From Chrysemys picta bellii (Eukaryota): a stretch of DNA of 64,000 bases. The stretch lies in assembly GCF_011386835.1 (NCBI RefSeq), contig NC_088807.1:1178001-1242000 (forward strand), given 5' to 3'. The notes below the pieces were generated by a model. That model was not told the origin of the DNA. It ran no database searches and worked only from the letters and a program-made list of their open reading frames with translations. Below, piece after piece: positions 14,291-23,365 of the stretch; position 1 is the first letter of the stretch; each line of letters starts with the position of its first letter. Position numbers and translations under genes: made by a program.

Positions 14291-15091
14291 TGCGGTCCGT
14301 GGGGGGTGCCCCTTTCAGTGAGACAGCCCTTCTCGGGGGTCCACTCTCTCCCGGGGTCAGGCCCCTCCACCTCCTGGAGCCGCACCTCTCTGAGCCTTCG
14401 CACGTCTGTCTCTGCCGTGGGCCCCTTCAGGGAGTCCCCTCGCTCTGGACCCCCGGGGCCTCCACCCCCGAAGGGGATAATGCCCCCCCCTGTGCCCCCC
14501 GGCCTGTTCTCTAGACCGGAGTGACTCTCAGCCAGCATGAAACAGGAGGGTTTATTGAGAGTTGAACACAGCACAGGAAACTCTCAGGGCCTCAGGCCTG
14601 GCCTCCCTCAGCCCAGCACATCCCAGTCTCCCTGCATCCAGGTGGGCTCCGCCTGCTCTCCCTCTCCAGCCCAGAGCCCCCCTGCTCCCAGCTGGGCATC
14701 TGAGATCCCCGGCCCCAGGCCCCGCCTCTGTCCATTGTCTTCCCTCCAGGGAAACAGGGTCGTAAACCGGGGCCTCCTCTCCTCGCTTCAGTCCTCTGGC
14801 TGGAACCGGCTGGTTAGGTCACCGGGTCCTCACTCTGCAGCCCATTGTCCTCCCACTGGCCAGAACCGGCTGCGTCTCCTCAGCTGGGCCTCCGGGTCAC
14901 CAGGTCACCGCTCGCTGGGGTATCCATCCTCCCGGCCATCGGCTGGGTCCCCAAGTCCTCTCTCCGGTCCTCTGCAAAATAAACTCCCTCTCCCCTCACC
15001 TCTGTTAAACCAGTAACACCCAGGGAAACTGAGTCCCACCCCCTCTGCATACAACCCACTGGAAAACACGGAAACCCCTCACTTCATCACA
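14291..15091 (-). mobile_element. Probable solo LTR
   Basis: Minus strand starts TGTGATGAAGTG, like the LTR at 31818; internal AATAAA on the minus strand (~14553); left boundary and TSD uncertain. Confidence 0.45.
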
Positions 15092-15123
15092 CCCACAAAT
15101 ACTGTTCTCAAGGATTTCTGCCC

Positions 15124-15515
15124 CTCACTCCCGACCCGCAGCCCCCTGCTAGCCCAGCCCTGCTCTGCCGGTGCCCCTCACTCCCGACCCGCAGCCCCCT
15201 GCTAGCCCAGCCCTGCTCTGCCGGTGCCCCTCACTCCCGACCCGCAGCCCCCTGCTAGCCCAGCCCTGCTCTGCTGGTGCCCCTCACTCCCGACCCGCAG
15301 CCCCCTGCTAGCCCAGCCCTGCTCTGCCGGTGCCCCTCACTCCCGACCCGCAGCCCCCTGCTAGCCCAGCCCTGCTCTGCTGGTGCCCCTCACTCCCGAC
15401 CCACAGCCCCCTGCTAGCCCAGCCCTGCTCTGCTGGTGCCCCTCATTCCCGACCCGCAGACCCCTGCTAGCCCAGCCCTGCTCTGCTGGTGCCCCTCATT
15501 CCCGACCCGCAGACC
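15124..15515. repeat. Minisatellite family 2 (cccagccctgc...ggtgcccctcactcccgacccgcagcccctgcta), ~56 bp x7
   Basis: Direct tandem copies; the same unit recurs at several other loci in this window. Confidence 0.92.
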
Positions 15516-15783
15516 CTCATTTTATTCATGGGTCTGCCCTTGTTCGGGCTGGAACGGCCGGGTGCAAAGGGGACTCCGCAAAGGGGAGAAACGCGCCCCA
15601 CTCCCCCCGCTGGGCCGGGCCAGGGGCTTTTCCCGACCCTGCCGCATCCTGGGACCTCGTGCCCCCCTCCTGGGGCTCAGTGAACAGATTCAGCCCCTGG
15701 GAAGGGACCCTCCTCTCCCCGCATCCCCCTCCCTTCAGCCGTCTGGGGGGGGTGAGCTCTGATGGGCCCCAGCCCGGCTCAAT

Positions 15784-15843
15784 CCCGCCCCGCCCCCGGC
15801 CTAAGCCAATGGCTGGCACTAACCTGGTCTGAGATGCACCAAT
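15784..15843 (+). promoter_or_regulatory. GC-box plus two CCAAT boxes 33 bp apart (cell-cycle-type promoter layout)
   Basis: CCCGCCCCGCCCCC 15784-15797; CCAAT at 15806 and 15839. Confidence 0.45.
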
Positions 15844-15969
15844 AGCGCCTGGGGCCCCCACCTGGTCCCTAACGAAGCATTAATTAGCAGGGCCAGGCCA
15901 GGCCCACAGCCCTTAGGTGGTGCCTTTCCCCCCCTGTCCCCAGCTGTGCCGGGGCCTCTCTCCGGCAGG

Positions 15970-16041
15970 ATGATGTGGGCTGCACTGGGCCAACCCCCCA
16001 AGTACCATGAGCTGAGAGCCTGGCCCCCCCAGCAGAGAACG
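15970..16041 (+). CDS. Candidate first coding exon of an unassigned gene (CCNP/CNTD2-like by position only)
   Basis: cag|G ATG ATG...ACG|gtaac; MMWAALGQPPKYHELRAWPPQQRT; phase 0. Confidence 0.3.
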
Positions 16042-16586
16042 GTAACGGGACAAGGCCCCCACGGGACCAGCCTGGGGGGCTGCTAAAGGCCCCTGAGCTC
16101 CAGCTGCCCCCCTGCTCTTGGGGGGCTCCCTTGGTACCCCAGGACCCACCCCTGGGAGATTCCTCCTCCAGTAGCCCTGTGGGGCCAAGTGGGGGCTGGT
16201 ACATGGGGGAGGGGGTCTCCCTCCCCAGTGAGTCAGGCTGGGCTCTTGGCCCAGCCCCACAGAAAGCGAGTCCCACCCCTCCTTGCCCGTTCCAGGTTTT
16301 CTGGGCCCAGACGCCTGGGTCCTGAGCACTTGCTGGGGTGGGGGCAGCCTGGGCCCATAACAAGCTCCCCCCCCAAAAGCTGGGTCTGGAACCCAGGAGT
16401 CCTGAGTCAGCCTTCTCCTGGGGCTGCACCATGGGGTGCAGGTGCCTGTGGGGGCAGCGACCTCCAGGCCAAACTCCGGCTCCCAGGCCCCATGGCGCTC
16501 CCCTAGGGGGCGTTGTAGGGTCCAGGAATTCCCCCCCCCCCCATGATGGGGTCACCCCCCGACCCCCTGACCCCCAAGTCTCTCAG

Positions 16587-16664
16587 CAGTTGCAGGCAGA
16601 AGAGAAACGGGAGCCGCTGAAAAGCAAGAACAAGGGCCCTGGCGGGGACAAGGGGTCCAGGAAG
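16587..16664 (+). CDS. Candidate internal exon of the same unassigned gene
   Basis: tctctcag|CAG...AAG|gtgagt (consensus donor); 78 bp, phase 0/0; QLQAEEKREPLKSKNKGPGGDKGSRK. Confidence 0.5.
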
Positions 16665-17526
16665 GTGAGTTTGGAGCTCTGGGGCGGTGGGGGGGCCCGT
16701 TCGCTGTCTGTGCAGCGCCCGGCACCCAGTGCCCTGAGGCCTGCAGTCTTGAGAGCAGCCGGACGGGCCCTGAGGTGACTGAGCGTGGCTCCCAGCTCTG
16801 CTACTGCTGCCCTGGACCTGCCGCACATCTGTGCCTCGGTTTCCCCACCTGTCCCATGGGAAGAAGGAGCCTTCCTCTGCCTGTGCAGACTGGGAGCTCT
16901 GTGGGGCAGGGCCCTGATCTTGGTCGGGGTCTGAGCAGCGCTACCATAATGCACCTAATAGGCAGGCATTGTCCAATCTCGGACCGTGCAGGGACGGGTC
17001 ACAGCGGCTTGGAGGGGTCCCCCATGGGGGGCAGGAGGAAGTGTCGAAGGAGGCCCCCAGTTGGGCCAGCCCAGCCGTAGGGGGCAGCAGGGGCTGGGGG
17101 CATGTGCCTCTGGCCAGTTGCTGCGCTCCTGGGGGGCGGAGGTCGAGACCTGGGCCGCGCCTAGGGGGTGAATCCCGGCAGTGTCTTGGGGTGTCGGCCA
17201 GGACGCCGGGGTCCTTCTCCTAACGCCCCCAGTGCTCACCACTCCCCTCCCCCAGGGCTGAGGGGCCTGTTCTGTGTGGGGCTGCCAGGTGGGAGTGGGG
17301 GTGCCAGGCTCCGGAGGCAGGGGGCTCGGGTCCCAGACCCGTCATCCTAGGGTGGCTGGTTCCCCCCGTGGCAGCTGGGCACTGACGGGCGCGGGGGTGT
17401 TCTCAGCTCTCCGCCCAGGGCCCGCTGTCCCTGGGGGCTGCCAGCCCCAGAGGGGCCCCTCCCCGGTGGGCTGTTTGGGGGTGCGGGGCCGGCGCCAGCT
17501 CCCTGCCCACACCCTCTCTCTTGCAG

Positions 17527-17621
17527 AAGAAGCCGCAGGGCAGCCGGGTCCGAGAGGCGGCACCAGAGAAAGCGGCAGCCGTTTTGCCCCAGGGTCCCGG
17601 TGAACCCCATCCCGCAGAGAG
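17527..17621 (+). CDS. Candidate internal exon of the same unassigned gene
   Basis: Strong acceptor ccctctctcttgcag|AAG, phase 0; KKPQGSRVREAAPEKAAAVLPQGP...; donor either 17600 or 17622. Confidence 0.4.
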
Positions 17622-17879
17622 GTAGGGGCCTGGCCGGAGGGGTTGGGCTGTGGGGCGGGAGGCTGGGGGCCCAGGGTGCAACCATCCAGTGCCAGCCCCA
17701 CAGCCACGGGAGCTGCACATGGGGCAGCCCACAATGCGCCTGCCTCTGGGGTGGAGGGGCCGTTGGGGAGCCCCACAGCAGTGGGATCAAGGGGCCAGGA
17801 CCCCCGAGGGAAGGAGCCCGTAGGGCCTGAGGAGCCGTGAGCGAAAAGTTCGTTAGCCCCTGCCCGGTTCTGCCCGTGC

Positions 17880-18132
17880 CCATGGCTGGTGACCCCGTCT
17901 CTCTCCGCAGGGGGAGTGCCGGGGGGGGGCACGGCTCTGTGTGCCCGGGGCAATGGGGGGAGCATGGCTGGTGACCCCGTCTCTCTCCGCAGGGGGAGTG
18001 CCCGGGGGGGGGGGCAGGCACGGCTCTGCGTGCCCGGGGCACTGCGGGGAGCGTGGCTGGTGACTCCGTCTCTCCCCACAGGGGTCCCCGACGGGGGGCT
18101 GCCGGGGGGGGCAGGCACGGCTCTGCGTGCCC
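17880..18132 (+). repeat. ~80-bp minisatellite running into gap 1
   Basis: 3 copies of ggctggtgaccccgtctctctccgcagggggagtgcc...cacggctctg. Confidence 0.85.
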
Positions 18133-18632
18133 NNNNNNNNNNNNNNNNNNNNNNNNNNNNNNNNNNNNNNNNNNNNNNNNNNNNNNNNNNNNNNNNNNNN
18201 NNNNNNNNNNNNNNNNNNNNNNNNNNNNNNNNNNNNNNNNNNNNNNNNNNNNNNNNNNNNNNNNNNNNNNNNNNNNNNNNNNNNNNNNNNNNNNNNNNNN
18301 NNNNNNNNNNNNNNNNNNNNNNNNNNNNNNNNNNNNNNNNNNNNNNNNNNNNNNNNNNNNNNNNNNNNNNNNNNNNNNNNNNNNNNNNNNNNNNNNNNNN
18401 NNNNNNNNNNNNNNNNNNNNNNNNNNNNNNNNNNNNNNNNNNNNNNNNNNNNNNNNNNNNNNNNNNNNNNNNNNNNNNNNNNNNNNNNNNNNNNNNNNNN
18501 NNNNNNNNNNNNNNNNNNNNNNNNNNNNNNNNNNNNNNNNNNNNNNNNNNNNNNNNNNNNNNNNNNNNNNNNNNNNNNNNNNNNNNNNNNNNNNNNNNNN
18601 NNNNNNNNNNNNNNNNNNNNNNNNNNNNNNNN
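18133..18632. other. Assembly gap 1 (500 N, true size unknown)
   Basis: Run of exactly 500 N. Confidence 0.99.
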
Positions 18633-18648
18633 GATCCCCGCCCCTCCC

Positions 18649-18801
18649 ATCACCATGGCAACGGGGTGACCCCCCCCGCATTCCCCTTGGCCGCCATGGG
18701 GCACCATCACCATGGCAACCGAGTCCGCCTGCGCCCCCATCCCCCCCACCCCGTGGCCGGGGCGGGGCTTCGCTGGTTCCCCGCGCCCCGGAAGCGGAAG
18801 T
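18649..18801 (+). promoter_or_regulatory. EXOSC5 proximal promoter: two X-box-like motifs and tandem ETS sites
   Basis: ATCACCATGGCAAC at 18649 and 18706; CCGGAAGCGGAAGT at 18788-18801, 34 nt before the ATG. Confidence 0.6.
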
Positions 18802-18834
18802 GGGGTCCCGCGTTGGGGGGGGTCCCGAGGCGCG

Positions 18835-18928
18835 ATGGGCTCCGAGGCGGGGGGCTGCGTCCTGCGCCGCTTCTCCTGCGAGCTCGGCCCGCTCGGCCGC
18901 CCCGACGGGTCCGCCGCCTTCCTGCAGG
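18835..18928 (+). CDS. EXOSC5: EXOSC5 (Rrp46, exosome RNase PH-like subunit) exon 1
   Basis: MGSEAGGCVLRRFSCELGPLGRPDGSAAFLQG|gtgagc; six exons total 654 nt = 217 aa plus stop. Confidence 0.92.
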
Positions 18929-20360
18929 GTGAGCCGGGACCCCCCCTGGGACCCCCCCATCAACCCCCCCATCGTCCCCCCCGGGCCCCCCCGCGGGACC
19001 CCCCATCTCCGCCGCCTTCCTGCAGGGTGAGCCGGGACCCCCCCTGGACCCTCCCATCGCCCCCCGGGACCCCCCCCAAACCCCCCCATCGCCCCTCGGG
19101 ACCCCCCCATAAACCCCCCTATCGCCCCTCGGGACCCCCCCATAAACCCCCCTATCGCTCCCCGGGACCCCCCCCTAAACCCCCCCATCGCCCCTCGGGA
19201 CCGGCCCATCGCCCCCCCCGGGCCCCCCGCGGGGCCCCCTATCTCCGCCGCCTTCCTGCAGGGTGAGCCGGGACCCCCCCGGGACCCCCCCATCGCCCCT
19301 CGGGACCCCCCCTAAACCCCCCCGGGACCCCCCCATCGCCCCCCCCGCGGGACCCCCCATCTCCGCCGCCTTCCTGCAGGGTGAGCCGGGACCCCCCCAT
19401 CGCCCCTCGGGACCCCCCTAAACCCCCCCGGGACCCCCCATCGCCCCCCCCCGGACCCCCCGCGGGACCCCCCATCTCCGCCGCCTTCCTGCAGGGTGAG
19501 CCGGGACCCCCCCCATCGCCCCTCGGGACCCCCCTAAACCCCCCCCGGGACCCCCCATCGCCCCCCCCCCGGACCCCCCGCGGGACCCCCCAGCTCCGCC
19601 GCCTTCCTGCAGGGTGAGCCGGGACCCCCCCTGGGACCCCCCCATCAACCCCCCTATCGCCCCCCCCCGGACCCCCCGCGGGACCCCCCAGCTCCGCCGC
19701 CTTCCTGCAGGGTGAGCCGGGACCCCCCCCCGGGACCCCCCCATCGCCCCTCGGGACCCCCCCTAAATCCCCCCCGGGACCGGCGCATCGCCCCCCCCGG
19801 GCCCCCCGCGGGACCCCCCAGCTCCGCCGCCTTCCTGCAGGGTGAGCCGGGACCCCCCCTGGGACCCCCCCATCGCCCCTCGGGACCCCCCCCATCAACC
19901 CCCCCATCGCCCCTCGGGACCCCCCCCTCAACCCCCCCCGCGGGACCCCCCAGCTCCGCTGCCTTCCTGCAGGGTGAGCCGGGACCCCCCCCGGGACCCC
20001 CCCCATCGCCCCCCGGGACCCCCCCCTAAACCCCCCCATCGCCCCCCGGGACCCCCCCATCGCCCCTCGGGACCCCCCCCCTCAACCCCCCCCGCGGGCC
20101 CCCCCAGCTCCGCCGCCTTCCTGCAGGGTGAGCCGGGACCCCCCCTCAACCCCCCATCGCCCCTCGGGACCCCCCCTCAACCCCCCATCGCCCCCCCCCG
20201 GACCCCCCATCGCCCCCCTGGGACCCCCCTAAACCCCGCGGGACCCCCCATCTCTGCCGCCTTCCTGCAGGGTGAGCCCGGGACCCCCATAACCCCCCCG
20301 GGACCCCCCCCATAAACCGCCCCCAGGCCCCCTATCTCCCCCACCTTCCTGCATGGTGAG
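18908..20360 (+). repeat. Tandem array containing 10 extra copies (plus 1 degenerate) of the EXOSC5 exon-1 end and splice donor
   Basis: Core tccgccgccttcctgcagggtgagccgggac separated by C-rich linkers, period ~100-240 bp. Confidence 0.95.
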
Positions 20361-21059
20361 GCTGTGCCCGGGACCCCTCTGGGGCCCCCATCATCCCTAC
20401 TCCCCCCGGTACCGGTACCCCCTGGTTCCCCTGGTTCCCCTGGCCCCCCAGTGCCCCCCAGTCACCCCTACTCCCCCTTCCCCCCTCCCCGGTACTGGTA
20501 CCCCCCCAGTCACCCCCTCCCCGGTACCGATGCCCTGGGCCCCCCAAGCCCCCTGGTATTACCCCCCATCGCCAGTACTGCCCCCCCAACCTCCCTAGTC
20601 CCCTCCCCTGTACCCCCCGCCCCTGGTAGTGCCCCACAGCCCCCCCATTGCCCCCCCCCAGTGCTGGTCCTCTTATCCATCCATTCCCTGGGGCTCCCCC
20701 GGGACCCCAACCTCCCTGCCCTTCACCCCCCCAGGGCTCTTCCTACACCCCCTTGTCCCGCCCCTGGCCCAGGGACTCGCTTATCTCCCTGCCCTTTGGG
20801 TTGTGGATTTGTCTCCCCCAAAGGGAGCCGCTGGTTTCCCCTCCCAGCCTGTCCATGGGTAGAGGGAGGGCTCCCCGATTACCCTGTCTGCGGGGGTCTC
20901 CTCTGGACTTGGGGCTCTCATCGCCTGGCCAGCAGGGGCTCCCCCATCCCAGACAGAGCTCGGGGGGGGGGCATTCGCCATCTGCTGAGTTCGGGGACCC
21001 CCTTGGGAGCCGGGAAGCCCAGGGGCCGTGTCTTACCCTGCACTCTCCTCTCCCCTCAG

Positions 21060-21173
21060 GGGACACCTCGGTCCTCGCCGGCCTGTACGGCCCAGCGGAG
21101 GTGAAAGTCAGCAAGGAGCTGTATGACAAGGCCACTGTGGAAGTGCTGCTCAAACCCAAAGTGGGGCTCCCGG
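21060..21173 (+). CDS. EXOSC5: EXOSC5 exon 2
   Basis: cag|GG...G|gtaag; [37 protein letters not shown]. Confidence 0.95.
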
Positions 21174-22661
21174 GTAAGCGAGGGCGGAGCCGTGGGCGTT
21201 GTCTGTGGTACAGGGGGGCGCTGGCCGGGGTCGGGGGGGGCCTCACGGGCAGTAGCCAGGATTACACCTCGAACAAAAGCTTGGAGGCTATTTAAAAACA
21301 AAGCCAATCACTGTATCCTTCAACCTCCGCCTCCCCCGCTTACTCGCTGTTTAAAATGAACCCTACAATAACAAGAGATTGTTATTAGCATGCTGAGTAC
21401 GGGGCTCGCCAGCAACCCTACCATAACAATCTCCCTGCCGTGACAAAGCAGCATAGAGAGCTTGGGCCTGGCGGGGGAATTCTGCCACGATCCGATACCC
21501 CCCGGCACGTCCGGCCCCAGCTTCTGTGAGCTCCAATCGCCCGGCGTGGCCATGCGGCCCCCGTTGAGACCCCGTGAGCGGAGATGGCTGGGCGTGCCCT
21601 CGTCCCTGAGCCCAGCGTGGGTTTACAAGGTGGGGGCGGGTGGAGCCCGTCGCCCTCTGGGATTCGGATCACGGGGCTGCAGCTCGGGTCGTGCCGTTTC
21701 CACGGCGGACGGAGGGTTGGACGGGCCTTGGGTCGAGTCCCTGCAGGTCGGTGCCGCGTGTGTGCAGTGGGGTAACACAGCAGCTGCCCTGCGCTGTGTG
21801 TGTGTAAATCCACTGCCGATTGTGAGGTGCTGCCCCGCTCTGGGGATGGCGGCCAGATAAGAACCATGGGTGGATGGGGAGACGCATGCAGTGGGGGGAA
21901 TGAATGGAGGGATATGTGCAGGCGGGTGTGGAGGGACGGACGAAGGGGGGGGTGTGGCTGGACAGACAGACAGAATAGCTTGACGTAAAGCCGTGTAACC
22001 TCCTAAACACTCCCCTCCCGGCTGGGTGAAGTTTCCCTGTTGTGTCACAGCCGTGGCGGTGTTAACCCCGGGCCGGGCTCTCCCCTGCAGCGGGGCCCCC
22101 CGGATCCCAGCTCCACGCACGGTTCGCATCTCTCCCGGGTTCTGGATCTCGATTCCCAGGGGCGCTTCCGCAGCAAATAATGAAATTAAGAACAAAGGGA
22201 GGGTTTTCCTCTGCTGAAATGGTGACGGTTCTCAGCTTTGTCGCACTGACGCTTGCTGGAGAAACAGCCTCGTGCAGCCAGAGCCACCCGGCAGGCGTGG
22301 GGTCGGGCGGACTGTCGCCGGGGCAGGACTCTCTCTCAGTAGAGGAGATGAAGGGAGGAGAATTCTCCCTCACTTTTCAGCTGGGGAGACTGAGGCAAGC
22401 TGTGGGCGCCCGGTGGGGCGGCTGTGGGGACAGCACCCGGCAGGCGAGGGGCACTGATCGCAGCTGGGGGGCTTTGGGGCAGTGCCTGGCACGCCGGGGG
22501 TACATCTGCGTTGGGAAGTCTGTGCGCTGGCGTCCTAGAGGCAGACGGCTCATGGGGGAGAGCGCGGTGCTGAAGAGGAGCTGGTCTTGTGGGGTGGAGG
22601 GTTGCTGAGGGGTTTGTCCAGCTCCCGGCTCAGCCCGGCCCCCCGTCTCTCCTTCCCCCAG

Positions 22662-22783
22662 GTGTCTTCGAGAAGAACCGGGAGCAGCTGATCAGGAAGA
22701 CGTGTGAGGCGGTTATCCTGGGTGCCCTGCACCCCCGAACCTCCATCTCCATCGTGCTGCAGGTGATCAGCGACGCGGGCGCC
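22662..22783 (+). CDS. EXOSC5: EXOSC5 exon 3
   Basis: cag|GT...GCC|gtatcctt; [40 protein letters not shown]. Confidence 0.95.
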
Positions 22784-22999
22784 GTATCCTTCACCGGCAG
22801 CCCAGCCGGGGGCGCTCTCCAGCGGGGACCCCCCTGCTCCTCTGGTCCCGAGCCCGACGGAACTACTGCCTGTCGCCTCTAGGGGGCAGCAGCGCTGTGG
22901 CAGTGGCTGTCCTGGGCATTGGTCTCCCATCGGGCACTGGGCTGGGGCTGCCTGCTCGACTGAACCCACCGGGGGGATGGCAGCCTGGGGTCCCGTCCC

Positions 23000-23365
23000 C
23001 CCCAGCCCTGCCGGTGCCCCTCACTCCCCACCCGCAGCCCCTGCCAGCCCAGCCCTGCCCCCCCCCAGCCCTGCCGGTGCCCCTCACTCCCGACCCGCAG
23101 CCCCTGCCAGCCCAGCCCTGCCCCCACCAGCCCTGCCGGTGCCCCTCACTCCCGACCCGCAGCCCCTGCCAGCCCAGCCCTGCCCCCACCAGCCCTGCCG
23201 GTGCCCCTCACTCCCGACCCGCAGCCCCTGCTAGCCCAGCCCTGCCCCCACCAGCCCTGCCGGTGCCCCTCACTCCTGACCCGCAGCCCCCTGCTAGCCC
23301 AGCCCTGCCCCCACCAGCCCTGCCGGTGCCCCTCACTCCCGACCCGCAGCCCCTGCTTGCCCAGT
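23000..23365. repeat. Minisatellite family 2 array
   Basis: ~6 copies of ccctgccggtgcccctcactcccgacccgcagcccctg. Confidence 0.9.

Noticed and set aside
18712-18834. In-frame upstream ATG giving EXOSC5 a 41-aa extension
   Set aside because: The ATG lies inside the X-box-like motif upstream of the ETS promoter sites, probably 5' of the TSS; the peptide has no recognisable similarity
17347-19293. 648-aa and other ORFs crossing gap 1
   Set aside because: Open only because N codons translate as X
18908-20360. CRISPR-like look (constant ~30-bp core with variable spacers)
   Set aside because: Vertebrate intron; linkers are mutually related C-rich low-complexity sequence, the core is an exon/intron junction, and there are no cas genes
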